This document shows positions 12,001 through 27,000 of a DNA stretch of 30,104 nucleotides, one piece after another. The stretch covers positions 1 to 30,104 of the forward strand of contig NIVC01003941.1 in assembly GCA_002269645.1 (NCBI GenBank), given 5' to 3'. Source of the DNA: Macrostomum lignano. Lineage: Eukaryota. The notes beneath the pieces were generated by a model, which searched no databases, was not told the origin of the DNA, and was given only the letters and a program-made list of their open reading frames with translations. A program made the position numbers and the translations under genes. How positions within the stretch are numbered: the first letter of the stretch is position 1; every line of letters starts with the position of its first letter.

Positions 12001-15000
12001 AGCTACAGCGGGACTCTGGCAGGAGATCAGCTACAGCGGGACTCTGGCAGGAGATCAGCTACAGCGGGACTCTGGCAGGAGATCAGCTACAGCGGGACTC
12101 TGGCAGGAGATCAGCTACAGCGGGACTCTGGCAGGAGATCAGCTACAGCGGGACTCTGGCAGGAGATCAGCTACAGCGGGACTCTGGCAGGAGATCAGCT
12201 ACAGCGGGACTCTGGCAGGAGATCAGCTACAGCGGGACTCTGGCAGGAGATCAGCTACAGCGGGACTCTGGCAGGAGATCAGCTACAGCGGGACTCTGGC
12301 AGGAGATCAGCTACAGCGGGACTCTGGCAGGAGATCAGCTACAGCGGGACTCTGGCAGGAGATCAGCTACAGCGGGACTCTGGCAGGAGATCAGCTACAG
12401 CGGGACTCTGGCAGGAGATCAGCTACAGCGGGACTCTGGCAGGAGATCAGCTACAGCGGGACTCTGGCAGGATCAGCTACAGCGGGACTCTGGCAGGAGA
12501 TCAGCTACAGCGGGACTCTGGCAGGAGATCAGCTACAGCGGGACTCTGGCAGGAGATCAGCTACAGCGGGACTCTGGCAGGAGATCAGCTACAGCGGGAC
12601 TCTGGCAGGAGATCAGCTACAGCGGGACTCTGGCAGGAGATCAGCTACAGCGGGACTCTGGCAGGAGATCAGCTACAGCGGGACTCTGGCAGGAGATCAG
12701 CTACAGCGGGACTCTGGCAGAGATCAGCTACAGCGGGACTCTGGCAGGAGATCAGCTACAGCGGGACTCTGGCAGGAGATCAGCTACAGCGGGACTCTGG
12801 CAGGAGATCAGCTACAGCGGGACTCTGGCAGGAGATCAGCTACAGCGGGACTCTGGCAGGAGATCAGCTACAGCGGGACTCTGGCAGGAGATCAGCTACA
12901 GCGGGACTCTGGCAGGAGATCAGCTACAGCGGGACTCTGGCAGGATCAGCTACAGCGGGACTCTGGCAGGATCAGCTACAGCGGGACTCTGGCAGGATCA
13001 GCTACAGCGGGACTCTGGCAGGATCAGCTACAGCGGGACTCTGGCAGGATCAGCTACAGCGGGACTCTGGCAGGATCAGCTACAGCGGGACTCTGGCAGG
13101 ATCAGCTACAGCGGGACTCTGGCAGGATCAGCTACAGCGGGACTCTGGCAGAGATCAGCTACAGCGGGACTCTGGCAGGAGATCAGCTACAGCGGGACTC
13201 TGGCAGGAGATCAGCTACAGCGGGACTCTGGCAGGAGATCAGCTACAGCGGGACTCTGGCAGGAGATCAGCTACAGCGGGACTCTGGCAGGAGATCAGCT
13301 ACAGCGGGACTCTGGCAGAGATCAGCTACAGCGGGACTCTGGCAGAGATCAGCTACAGCGGGACTCTGGCAGAGATCAGCTACAGCGGGACTCTGGCAGG
13401 AGATCAGCTACAGCGGGACTCTGGCAGGAGATCAGCTACAGCGGGACTCTGGCAGGAGATCAGCTACAGCGGGACTCTGGCAGGAGATCAGCTACAGCGG
13501 GACTCTGGCAGGAGATCAGCTACAGCGGGACTCTGGCAGAGATCAGCTACAGCGGGACTCTGGCAGGAGATCAGCTACAGCGGGACTCTGGCAGGAGATC
13601 AGCTACAGCGGGACTCTGGCAGGAGATCAGCTACAGCGGGACTCTGGCAGGAGATCAGCTACAGCGGGACTCTGGCAGGAGATCAGCTACAGCGGGACTC
13701 TGGCAGAGATCAGCTACAGCGGGACTCTGGCAGGAGATCAGCTACAGCGGGACTCTGGCAGGAGATCAGCTACAGCGGGACTCTGGCAGGAGATCAGCTA
13801 CAGCGGGACTCTGGCAGGAGATCAGCTACAGCGGGACTCTGGCAGGAGATCAGCTACAGCGGGACTCTGGCAGGAGATCAGCTACAGCGGGACTCTGGCA
13901 GGAGATCAGCTACAGCGGGACTCTGGCAGGAGATCAGCTACAGCGGGACTCTGGCAGAGATCAGCTACAGCGGGACTCTGGCAGGAGATCAGCTACAGCG
14001 GGACTCTGGCAGGATCAGCTACAGCGGGACTCTGGCAGGAGATCAGCTACAGCGGGACTCTGGCAGGATCAGCTACAGCGGGACTCTGGCAGAGATCAGC
14101 TACAGCGGGACTCTGGCAGAGATCAGCTACAGCGGGACTCTGGCAGAGATCAGCTACAGCGGGACTCTGGCAGGAGATCAGCTACAGCGGGACTCTGGCA
14201 GGAGATCAGCTACAGCGGGACTCTGGCAGGAGATCAGCTACAGCGGGACTCTGGCAGGAGATCAGCTACAGCGGGACTCTGGCAGGATCAGCTACAGCGG
14301 GACTCTGGCAGGATCAGCTACAGCGGGACTCTGGCAGGATCAGCTACAGCGGGACTCTGGCAGGATCAGCTACAGCGGGACTCTGGCAGGATCAGCTACA
14401 GCGGGACTCTGGCAGAGATCAGCTACAGCGGGACTCTGGCAGGAGATCAGCTACAGCGGGACTCTGGCAGGAGATCAGCTACAGCGGGACTCTGGCAGGA
14501 GATCAGCTACAGCGGGACTCTGGCAGGAGATCAGCTACAGCGGGACTCTGGCAGGAGATCAGCTACAGCGGGACTCTGGCAGGAGATCAGCTACAGCGGG
14601 ACTCTGGCAGGAGATCAGCTACAGCGGGACTCTGGCAGGAGATCAGCTACAGCGGGACTCTGGCAGGTCAGCTACAGCGGGACTCTGGCAGGAGATCAGC
14701 TACAGCGGGACTCTGGCAGGAGATCAGCTACAGCGGGACTCTGGCAGGAGATCAGCTACAGCGGGACTCTGGCAGGTCAGCTACAGCGGGACTCTGGCAG
14801 GATCAGCTACAGCGGGACTCTGGCAGAGATCAGCTACAGCGGGACTCTGGCAGAGATCAGCTACAGCGGGACTCTGGCAGATCAGCTACAGCGGGACTCT
14901 GGCAGGAGATCAGCTACAGCGGGACTCTGGCAGGAGATCAGCTACAGCGGGACTCTGGCAGGAGATCAGCTACAGCGGGACTCTGGCAGGAGATCAGCTA

Positions 15001-18000
15001 CAGCGGGACTCTGGCAGGAGATCAGCTACAGCGGGACTCTGGCAGGAGATCAGCTACAGCGGGACTCTGGCAGGAGATCAGCTACAGCGGGACTCTGGCA
15101 GGAGATCAGCTACAGCGGGACTCTGGCAGGAGATCAGCTACAGCGGGACTCTGGCAGGAGATCAGCTACAGCGGGACTCTGGCAGGAGATCAGCTACAGC
15201 GGGACTCTGGCAGGAGATCAGCTACAGCGGGACTCTGGCAGGAGATCAGCTACAGCGGGACTCTGGCAGGAGATCAGCTACAGCGGGACTCTGGCAGGAG
15301 ATCAGCTACAGCGGGACTCTGGCAGGAGATCAGCTACAGCGGGACTCTGGCAGAGATCAGCTACAGCGGGACTCTGGCAGGAGATCAGCTACAGCGGGAC
15401 TCTGGCAGGAGATCAGCTACAGCGGGACTCTGGCAGGAGATCAGCTACAGCGGGACTCTGGCAGGAGATCAGCTACAGCGGGACTCTGGCAGGAGATCAG
15501 CTACAGCGGGACTCTGGCAGGAGATCAGCTACAGCGGGACTCTGGCAGGTCAGCTACAGCGGGACTCTGGCAGGAGATCAGCTACAGCGGGACTCTGGCA
15601 GGAGATCAGCTACAGCGGGACTCTGGCAGGAGATCAGCTACAGCGGGACTCTGGCAGGAGATCAGCTACAGCGGGACTCTGGCAGGAGATCAGCTACAGC
15701 GGGACTCTGGCAGGAGATCAGCTACAGCGGGACTCTGGCAGGAGATCAGCTACAGCGGGACTCTGGCAGGAGATCAGCTACAGCGGGACTCTGGCAGGAG
15801 ATCAGCTACAGCGGGACTCTGGCAGGAGATCAGCTACAGCGGGACTCTGGCAGGAGATCAGCTACAGCGGGACTCTGGCAGGAGATCAGCTACAGCGGGA
15901 CTCTGGCAGGAGATCAGCTACAGCGGGACTCTGGCAGGAGATCAGCTACAGCGGGACTCTGGCAGGAGATCAGCTACAGCGGGACTCTGGCAGGAGATCA
16001 GCTACAGCGGGACTCTGGCAGGAGATCAGCTACAGCGGGACTCTGGCAGGATCAGCTACAGCGGGACTCTGGCAGGAGATCAGCTACAGCGGGACTCTGG
16101 CAGGAGATCAGCTACAGCGGGACTCTGGCAGGAGATCAGCTACAGCGGGACTCTGGCAGGAGATCAGCTACAGCGGGACTCTGGCAGGAGATCAGCTACA
16201 GCGGGACTCTGGCAGGAGATCAGCTACAGCGGGACTCTGGCAGAGATCAGCTACAGCGGGACTCTGGCAGGAGATCAGCTACAGCGGGACTCTGGCAGGA
16301 GATCAGCTACAGCGGGACTCTGGCAGGAGATCAGCTACAGCGGGACTCTGGCAGGAGATCAGCTACAGCGGGACTCTGGCAGGAGATCAGCTACAGCGGG
16401 ACTCTGGCAGGAGATCAGCTACAGCGGGACTCTGGCAGGAGATCAGCTACAGCGGGACTCTGGCAGGAGATCAGCTACAGCGGGACTCTGGCAGGAGATC
16501 AGCTACAGCGGGACTCTGGCAGGAGATCAGCTACAGCGGGACTCTGGCAGGAGATCAGCTACAGCGGGACTCTGGCAGGATCAGCTACAGCGGGACTCTG
16601 GCAGGATCAGCTACAGCGGGACTCTGGCAGAGATCAGCTACAGCGGGACTCTGGCAGGATCAGCTACAGCGGGACTCTGGCAGGATCAGCTACAGCGGGA
16701 CTCTGGCAGGATCAGCTACAGCGGGACTCTGGCAGAGATCAGCTACAGCGGGACTCTGGCAGAGATCAGCTACAGCGGGACTCTGGCAGGAGATCAGCTA
16801 CAGCGGGACTCTGGCAGGAGATCAGCTACAGCGGGACTCTGGCAGGAGATCAGCTACAGCGGGACTCTGGCAGGAGATCAGCTACAGCGGGACTCTGGCA
16901 GGAGATCAGCTACAGCGGGACTCTGGCAGAGATCAGCTACAGCGGGACTCTGGCAGGAGATCAGCTACAGCGGGACTCTGGCAGGAGATCAGCTACAGCG
17001 GGACTCTGGCAGGAGATCAGCTACAGCGGGACTCTGGCAGGAGATCAGCTACAGCGGGACTCTGGCAGGAGATCAGCTACAGCGGGACTCTGGCAGGAGA
17101 TCAGCTACAGCGGGACTCTGGCAGGAGATCAGCTACAGCGGGACTCTGGCAGGAGATCAGCTACAGCGGGACTCTGGCAGGAGATCAGCTACAGCGGGAC
17201 TCTGGCAGGAGATCAGCTACAGCGGGACTCTGGCAGGAGATCAGCTACAGCGGGACTCTGGCAGGAGATCAGCTACAGCGGGACTCTGGCAGGAGATCAG
17301 CTACAGCGGGACTCTGGCAGGAGATCAGCTACAGCGGGACTCTGGCAGGAGATCAGCTACAGCGGGACTCTGGCAGGATCAGCTACAGCGGGACTCTGGC
17401 AGAGATCAGCTACAGCGGGACTCTGGCAGGATCAGCTACAGCGGGACTCTGGCAGGATCAGCTACAGCGGGACTCTGGCAGAGATCAGCTACAGCGGGAC
17501 TCTGGCAGGATCAGCTACAGCGGGACTCTGGCAGGAGATCAGCTACAGCGGGACTCTGGCAGAGATCAGCTACAGCGGGACTCTGGCAGGAGATCAGCTA
17601 CAGCGGGACTCTGGCAGGAGATCAGCTACAGCGGGACTCTGGCAGAGATCAGCTACAGCGGGACTCTGGCAGGAGATCAGCTACAGCGGGACTCTGGCAG
17701 GAGATCAGCTACAGCGGGACTCTGGCAGGAGATCAGCTACAGCGGGACTCTGGCAGGAGATCAGCTACAGCGGGACTCTGGCAGGAGATCAGCTACAGCG
17801 GGACTCTGGCAGGAGATCAGCTACAGCGGGACTCTGGCAGAGATCAGCTACAGCGGGACTCTGGCAGAGATCAGCTACAGCGGGACTCTGGCAGGAGATC
17901 AGCTACAGCGGGACTCTGGCAGGATCAGCTACAGCGGGACTCTGGCAGGATCAGCTACAGCGGGACTCTGGCAGGAGATCAGCTACAGCGGGACTCTGGC

Positions 18001-21000
18001 AGGATCAGCTACAGCGGGACTCTGGCAGGATCAGCTACAGCGGGACTCTGGCAGGATCAGCTACAGCGGGACTCTGGCAGAGATCAGCTACAGCGGGACT
18101 CTGGCAGAGATCAGCTACAGCGGGACTCTGGCAGGAGATCAGCTACAGCGGGACTCTGGCAGGAGATCAGCTACAGCGGGACTCTGGCAGGAGATCAGCT
18201 ACAGCGGGACTCTGGCAGGAGATCAGCTACAGCGGGACTCTGGCAGGAGATCAGCTACAGCGGGACTCTGGCAGGAGATCAGCTACAGCGGGACTCTGGC
18301 AGGATCAGCTACAGCGGGACTCTGGCAGAGATCAGCTACAGCGGGACTCTGGCAGGAGATCAGCTACAGCGGGACTCTGGCAGGAGATCAGCTACAGCGG
18401 GACTCTGGCAGATCAGCTACAGCGGGACTCTGGCAGGTCAGCTACAGCGGGACTCTGGCAGGATCAGCTACAGCGGGACTCTGGCAGGATCAGCTACAGC
18501 GGGACTCTGGCAGAGATCAGCTACAGCGGGACTCTGGCAGAGATCAGCTACAGCGGGACTCTGGCAGGAGATCAGCTACAGCGGGACTCTGGCAGGAGAT
18601 CAGCTACAGCGGGACTCTGGCAGAGATCAGCTACAGCGGGACTCTGGCAGAGATCAGCTACAGCGGGACTCTGGCAGGAGATCAGCTACAGCGGGACTCT
18701 GGCAGGAGATCAGCTACAGCGGGACTCTGGCAGGAGATCAGCTACAGCGGGACTCTGGCAGGAGATCAGCTACAGCGGGACTCTGGCAGGAGATCAGCTA
18801 CAGCGGGACTCTGGCAGGAGATCAGCTACAGCGGGACTCTGGCAGAGATCAGCTACAGCGGGACTCTGGCAGAGATCAGCTACAGCGGGACTCTGGCAGA
18901 GATCAGCTACAGCGGGACTCTGGCAGAGATCAGCTACAGCGGGACTCTGGCAGAGATCAGCTACAGCGGGACTCTGGCAGGAGATCAGCTACAGCGGGAC
19001 TCTGGCAGAGATCAGCTACAGCGGGACTCTGGCAGAGATCAGCTACAGCGGGACTCTGGCAGAGATCAGCTACAGCGGGACTCTGGCAGAGATCAGCTAC
19101 AGCGGGACTCTGGCAGAGATCAGCTACAGCGGGACTCTGGCAGGAGATCAGCTACAGCGGGACTCTGGCAGGAGATCAGCTACAGCGGGACTCTGGCAGG
19201 AGATCAGCTACAGCGGGACTCTGGCAGGAGATCAGCTACAGCGGGACTCTGGCAGGAGATCAGCTACAGCGGGACTCTGGCAGGAGATCAGCTACAGCGG
19301 GACTCTGGCAGGAGATCAGCTACAGCGGGACTCTGGCAGGAGATCAGCTACAGCGGGACTCTGGCAGGAGATCAGCTACAGCGGGACTCTGGCAGGAGAT
19401 CAGCTACAGCGGGACTCTGGCAGGATCAGCTACAGCGGGACTCTGGCAGGTCAGCTACAGCGGGACTCTGGCAGAGATCAGCTACAGCGGGACTCTGGCA
19501 GGATCAGCTACAGCGGGACTCTGGCAGGAGATCAGCTACAGCGGGACTCTGGCAGGAGATCAGCTACAGCGGGACTCTGGCAGGAGATCAGCTACAGCGG
19601 GACTCTGGCAGGATCAGCTACAGCGGGACTCTGGCAGAGATCAGCTACAGCGGGACTCTGGCAGAGATCAGCTACAGCGGGACTCTGGCAGGAGATCAGC
19701 TACAGCGGGACTCTGGCAGAGATCAGCTACAGCGGGACTCTGGCAGGAGATCAGCTACAGCGGGACTCTGGCAGGAGATCAGCTACAGCGGGACTCTGGC
19801 AGGAGATCAGCTACAGCGGGACTCTGGCAGAGATCAGCTACAGCGGGACTCTGGCAGAGATCAGCTACAGCGGGACTCTGGCAGGAGATCAGCTACAGCG
19901 GGACTCTGGCAGGAGATCAGCTACAGCGGGACTCTGGCAGGAGATCAGCTACAGCGGGACTCTGGCAGGAGATCAGCTACAGCGGGACTCTGGCAGGAGA
20001 TCAGCTACAGCGGGACTCTGGCAGAGATCAGCTACAGCGGGACTCTGGCAGAGATCAGCTACAGCGGGACTCTGGCAGGAGATCAGCTACAGCGGGACTC
20101 TGGCAGAGATCAGCTACAGCGGGACTCTGGCAGGAGATCAGCTACAGCGGGACTCTGGCAGGAGATCAGCTACAGCGGGACTCTGGCAGGAGATCAGCTA
20201 CAGCGGGACTCTGGCAGGAGATCAGCTACAGCGGGACTCTGGCAGGAGATCAGCTACAGCGGGACTCTGGCAGGAGATCAGCTACAGCGGGACTCTGGCA
20301 GAGATCAGCTACAGCGGGACTCTGGCAGGAGATCAGCTACAGCGGGACTCTGGCAGGAGATCAGCTACAGCGGGACTCTGGCAGGAGATCAGCTACAGCG
20401 GGACTCTGGCAGGAGATCAGCTACAGCGGGACTCTGGCAGGAGATCAGCTACAGCGGGACTCTGGCAGGAGATCAGCTACAGCGGGACTCTGGCAGAGAT
20501 CAGCTACAGCGGGACTCTGGCAGGAGATCAGCTACAGCGGGACTCTGGCAGGAGATCAGCTACAGCGGGACTCTGGCAGGAGATCAGCTACAGCGGGACT
20601 CTGGCAGGAGATCAGCTACAGCGGGACTCTGGCAGAGATCAGCTACAGCGGGACTCTGGCAGGAGATCAGCTACAGCGGGACTCTGGCAGGAGATCAGCT
20701 ACAGCGGGACTCTGGCAGAGATCAGCTACAGCGGGACTCTGGCAGGAGATCAGCTACAGCGGGACTCTGGCAGGAGATCAGCTACAGCGGGACTCTGGCA
20801 GAGATCAGCTACAGCGGGACTCTGGCAGGAGATCAGCTACAGCGGGACTCTGGCAGGAGATCAGCTACAGCGGGACTCTGGCAGGAGATCAGCTACAGCG
20901 GGACTCTGGCAGGAGATCAGCTACAGCGGGACTCTGGCAGGAGATCAGCTACAGCGGGACTCTGGCAGGAGATCAGCTACAGCGGGACTCTGGCAGGAGA

Positions 21001-24000
21001 TCAGCTACAGCGGGACTCTGGCAGAGATCAGCTACAGCGGGACTCTGGCAGGAGATCAGCTACAGCGGGACTCTGGCAGGAGATCAGCTACAGCGGGACT
21101 CTGGCAGGAGATCAGCTACAGCGGGACTCTGGCAGGAGATCAGCTACAGCGGGACTCTGGCAGGAGATCAGCTACAGCGGGACTCTGGCAGGAGATCAGC
21201 TACAGCGGGACTCTGGCAGATCAGCTACAGCGGGACTCTGGCAGAGATCAGCTACAGCGGGACTCTGGCAGGAGATCAGCTACAGCGGGACTCTGGCAGA
21301 GATCAGCTACAGCGGGACTCTGGCAGGAGATCAGCTACAGCGGGACTCTGGCAGGAGATCAGCTACAGCGGGACTCTGGCAGGAGATCAGCTACAGCGGG
21401 ACTCTGGCAGGATCAGCTACAGCGGGACTCTGGCAGGAGATCAGCTACAGCGGGACTCTGGCAGGAGATCAGCTACAGCGGGACTCTGGCAGGAGATCAG
21501 CTACAGCGGGACTCTGGCAGGAGATCAGCTACAGCGGGACTCTGGCAGAGATCAGCTACAGCGGGACTCTGGCAGGAGATCAGCTACAGCGGGACTCTGG
21601 CAGGAGATCAGCTACAGCGGGACTCTGGCAGAGATCAGCTACAGCGGGACTCTGGCAGGAGATCAGCTACAGCGGGACTCTGGCAGGAGATCAGCTACAG
21701 CGGGACTCTGGCAGGAGATCAGCTACAGCGGGACTCTGGCAGGAGATCAGCTACAGCGGGACTCTGGCAGGAGATCAGCTACAGCGGGACTCTGGCAGGA
21801 GATCAGCTACAGCGGGACTCTGGCAGGAGATCAGCTACAGCGGGACTCTGGCAGAGATCAGCTACAGCGGGACTCTGGCAGGAGATCAGCTACAGCGGGA
21901 CTCTGGCAGGAGATCAGCTACAGCGGGACTCTGGCAGGAGATCAGCTACAGCGGGACTCTGGCAGGAGATCAGCTACAGCGGGACTCTGGCAGGAGATCA
22001 GCTACAGCGGGACTCTGGCAGGAGATCAGCTACAGCGGGACTCTGGCAGGAGATCAGCTACAGCGGGACTCTGGCAGGAGATCAGCTACAGCGGGACTCT
22101 GGCAGGAGATCAGCTACAGCGGGACTCTGGCAGGAGATCAGCTACAGCGGGACTCTGGCAGAGATCAGCTACAGCGGGACTCTGGCAGGAGATCAGCTAC
22201 AGCGGGACTCTGGCAGGAGATCAGCTACAGCGGGACTCTGGCAGGAGATCAGCTACAGCGGGACTCTGGCAGGAGATCAGCTACAGCGGGACTCTGGCAG
22301 GAGATCAGCTACAGCGGGACTCTGGCAGGAGATCAGCTACAGCGGGACTCTGGCAGGAGATCAGCTACAGCGGGACTCTGGCAGAGATCAGCTACAGCGG
22401 GACTCTGGCAGGAGATCAGCTACAGCGGGACTCTGGCAGAGATCAGCTACAGCGGGACTCTGGCAGGAGATCAGCTACAGCGGGACTCTGGCAGGAGATC
22501 AGCTACAGCGGGACTCTGGCAGGAGATCAGCTACAGCGGGACTCTGGCAGGAGATCAGCTACAGCGGGACTCTGGCAGGAGATCAGCTACAGCGGGACTC
22601 TGGCAGGAGATCAGCTACAGCGGGACTCTGGCAGATCAGCTACAGCGGGACTCTGGCAGAGATCAGCTACAGCGGGACTCTGGCAGGAGATCAGCTACAG
22701 CGGGACTCTGGCAGGAGATCAGCTACAGCGGGACTCTGGCAGGAGATCAGCTACAGCGGGACTCTGGCAGGAGATCAGCTACAGCGGGACTCTGGCAGAG
22801 ATCAGCTACAGCGGGACTCTGGCAGAGATCAGCTACAGCGGGACTCTGGCAGGAGATCAGCTACAGCGGGACTCTGGCAGGAGATCAGCTACAGCGGGAC
22901 TCTGGCAGGAGATCAGCTACAGCGGGACTCTGGCAGGAGATCAGCTACAGCGGGACTCTGGCAGGAGATCAGCTACAGCGGGACTCTGGCAGGAGATCAG
23001 CTACAGCGGGACTCTGGCAGGAGATCAGCTACAGCGGGACTCTGGCAGAGATCAGCTACAGCGGGACTCTGGCAGGAGATCAGCTACAGCGGGACTCTGG
23101 CAGGAGATCAGCTACAGCGGGACTCTGGCAGGAGATCAGCTACAGCGGGACTCTGGCAGGAGATCAGCTACAGCGGGACTCTGGCAGGAGATCAGCTACA
23201 GCGGGACTCTGGCAGGAGATCAGCTACAGCGGGACTCTGGCAGGAGATCAGCTACAGCGGGACTCTGGCAGGAGATCAGCTACAGCGGGACTCTGGCAGG
23301 AGATCAGCTACAGCGGGACTCTGGCAGAGATCAGCTACAGCGGGACTCTGGCAGAGATCAGCTACAGCGGGACTCTGGCAGAGATCAGCTACAGCGGGAC
23401 TCTGGCAGGAGATCAGCTACAGCGGGACTCTGGCAGGAGATCAGCTACAGCGGGACTCTGGCAGAGATCAGCTACAGCGGGACTCTGGCAGGAGATCAGC
23501 TACAGCGGGACTCTGGCAGAGATCAGCTACAGCGGGACTCTGGCAGGAGATCAGCTACAGCGGGACTCTGGCAGGAGATCAGCTACAGCGGGACTCTGGC
23601 AGAGATCAGCTACAGCGGGACTCTGGCAGGAGATCAGCTACAGCGGGACTCTGGCAGGAGATCAGCTACAGCGGGACTCTGGCAGGAGATCAGCTACAGC
23701 GGGACTCTGGCAGGAGATCAGCTACAGCGGGACTCTGGCAGGAGATCAGCTACAGCGGGACTCTGGCAGGAGATCAGCTACAGCGGGACTCTGGCAGGAG
23801 ATCAGCTACAGCGGGACTCTGGCAGGAGATCAGCTACAGCGGGACTCTGGCAGGAGATCAGCTACAGCGGGACTCTGGCAGGAGATCAGCTACAGCGGGA
23901 CTCTGGCAGGAGATCAGCTACAGCGGGACTCTGGCAGAGATCAGCTACAGCGGGACTCTGGCAGGTCAGCTACAGCGGGACTCTGGCAGAGATCAGCTAC

Positions 24001-27000
24001 AGCGGGACTCTGGCAGAGATCAGCTACAGCGGGACTCTGGCAGGAGATCAGCTACAGCGGGACTCTGGCAGAGATCAGCTACAGCGGGACTCTGGCAGGA
24101 GATCAGCTACAGCGGGACTCTGGCAGAGATCAGCTACAGCGGGACTCTGGCAGGAGATCAGCTACAGCGGGACTCTGGCAGGAGATCAGCTACAGCGGGA
24201 CTCTGGCAGAGATCAGCTACAGCGGGACTCTGGCAGGAGATCAGCTACAGCGGGACTCTGGCAGGAGATCAGCTACAGCGGGACTCTGGCAGGAGATCAG
24301 CTACAGCGGGACTCTGGCAGGAGATCAGCTACAGCGGGACTCTGGCAGAGATCAGCTACAGCGGGACTCTGGCAGGAGATCAGCTACAGCGGGACTCTGG
24401 CAGAGATCAGCTACAGCGGGACTCTGGCAGGAGATCAGCTACAGCGGGACTCTGGCAGGAGATCAGCTACAGCGGGACTCTGGCAGAGATCAGCTACAGC
24501 GGGACTCTGGCAGGAGATCAGCTACAGCGGGACTCTGGCAGAGATCAGCTACAGCGGGACTCTGGCAGGAGATCAGCTACAGCGGGACTCTGGCAGGAGA
24601 TCAGCTACAGCGGGACTCTGGCAGGAGATCAGCTACAGCGGGACTCTGGCAGGAGATCAGCTACAGCGGGACTCTGGCAGGAGATCAGCTACAGCGGGAC
24701 TCTGGCAGGAGATCAGCTACAGCGGGACTCTGGCAGGAGATCAGCTACAGCGGGACTCTGGCAGGAGATCAGCTACAGCGGGACTCTGGCAGGAGATCAG
24801 CTACAGCGGGACTCTGGCAGGAGATCAGCTACAGCGGGACTCTGGCAGGATCAGCTACAGCGGGACTCTGGCAGGTCAGCTACAGCGGGACTCTGGCAGG
24901 AGATCAGCTACAGCGGGACTCTGGCAGAGATCAGCTACAGCGGGACTCTGGCAGGAGATCAGCTACAGCGGGACTCTGGCAGGAGATCAGCTACAGCGGG
25001 ACTCTGGCAGGAGATCAGCTACAGCGGGACTCTGGCAGGAGATCAGCTACAGCGGGACTCTGGCAGGAGATCAGCTACAGCGGGACTCTGGCAGGAGATC
25101 AGCTACAGCGGGACTCTGGCAGAGATCAGCTACAGCGGGACTCTGGCAGAGATCAGCTACAGCGGGACTCTGGCAGGAGATCAGCTACAGCGGGACTCTG
25201 GCAGGAGATCAGCTACAGCGGGACTCTGGCAGGAGATCAGCTACAGCGGGACTCTGGCAGGATCAGCTACAGCGGGACTCTGGCAGGAGATCAGCTACAG
25301 CGGGACTCTGGCAGGAGATCAGCTACAGCGGGACTCTGGCAGGAGATCAGCTACAGCGGGACTCTGGCAGGAGATCAGCTACAGCGGGACTCTGGCAGAG
25401 ATCAGCTACAGCGGGACTCTGGCAGGAGATCAGCTACAGCGGGACTCTGGCAGAGATCAGCTACAGCGGGACTCTGGCAGGAGATCAGCTACAGCGGGAC
25501 TCTGGCAGGAGATCAGCTACAGCGGGACTCTGGCAGGAGATCAGCTACAGCGGGACTCTGGCAGGAGATCAGCTACAGCGGGACTCTGGCAGGAGATCAG
25601 CTACAGCGGGACTCTGGCAGGTCAGCTACAGCGGGACTCTGGCAGAGATCAGCTACAGCGGGACTCTGGCAGAGATCAGCTACAGCGGGACTCTGGCAGG
25701 AGATCAGCTACAGCGGGACTCTGGCAGGAGATCAGCTACAGCGGGACTCTGGCAGGAGATCAGCTACAGCGGGACTCTGGCAGAGATCAGCTACAGCGGG
25801 ACTCTGGCAGGAGATCAGCTACAGCGGGACTCTGGCAGGAGATCAGCTACAGCGGGACTCTGGCAGGAGATCAGCTACAGCGGGACTCTGGCAGGAGATC
25901 AGCTACAGCGGGACTCTGGCAGAGATCAGCTACAGCGGGACTCTGGCAGAGATCAGCTACAGCGGGACTCTGGCAGGAGATCAGCTACAGCGGGACTCTG
26001 GCAGGAGATCAGCTACAGCGGGACTCTGGCAGGAGATCAGCTACAGCGGGACTCTGGCAGGAGATCAGCTACAGCGGGACTCTGGCAGGAGATCAGCTAC
26101 AGCGGGACTCTGGCAGGAGATCAGCTACAGCGGGACTCTGGCAGGAGATCAGCTACAGCGGGACTCTGGCAGGAGATCAGCTACAGCGGGACTCTGGCAG
26201 GAGATCAGCTACAGCGGGACTCTGGCAGGAGATCAGCTACAGCGGGACTCTGGCAGGAGATCAGCTACAGCGGGACTCTGGCAGGAGATCAGCTACAGCG
26301 GGACTCTGGCAGGAGATCAGCTACAGCGGGACTCTGGCAGGAGATCAGCTACAGCGGGACTCTGGCAGGATCAGCTACAGCGGGACTCTGGCAGGAGATC
26401 AGCTACAGCGGGACTCTGGCAGAGATCAGCTACAGCGGGACTCTGGCAGGAGATCAGCTACAGCGGGACTCTGGCAGAGATCAGCTACAGCGGGACTCTG
26501 GCAGAGATCAGCTACAGCGGGACTCTGGCAGGAGATCAGCTACAGCGGGACTCTGGCAGGAGATCAGCTACAGCGGGACTCTGGCAGAGATCAGCTACAG
26601 CGGGACTCTGGCAGAGATCAGCTACAGCGGGACTCTGGCAGGAGATCAGCTACAGCGGGACTCTGGCAGGAGATCAGCTACAGCGGGACTCTGGCAGGAG
26701 ATCAGCTACAGCGGGACTCTGGCAGAGATCAGCTACAGCGGGACTCTGGCAGAGATCAGCTACAGCGGGACTCTGGCAGGAGATCAGCTACAGCGGGACT
26801 CTGGCAGGAGATCAGCTACAGCGGGACTCTGGCAGGAGATCAGCTACAGCGGGACTCTGGCAGGAGATCAGCTACAGCGGGACTCTGGCAGGAGATCAGC
26901 TACAGCGGGACTCTGGCAGGAGATCAGCTACAGCGGGACTCTGGCAGGAGATCAGCTACAGCGGGACTCTGGCAGGAGATCAGCTACAGCGGGACTCTGG

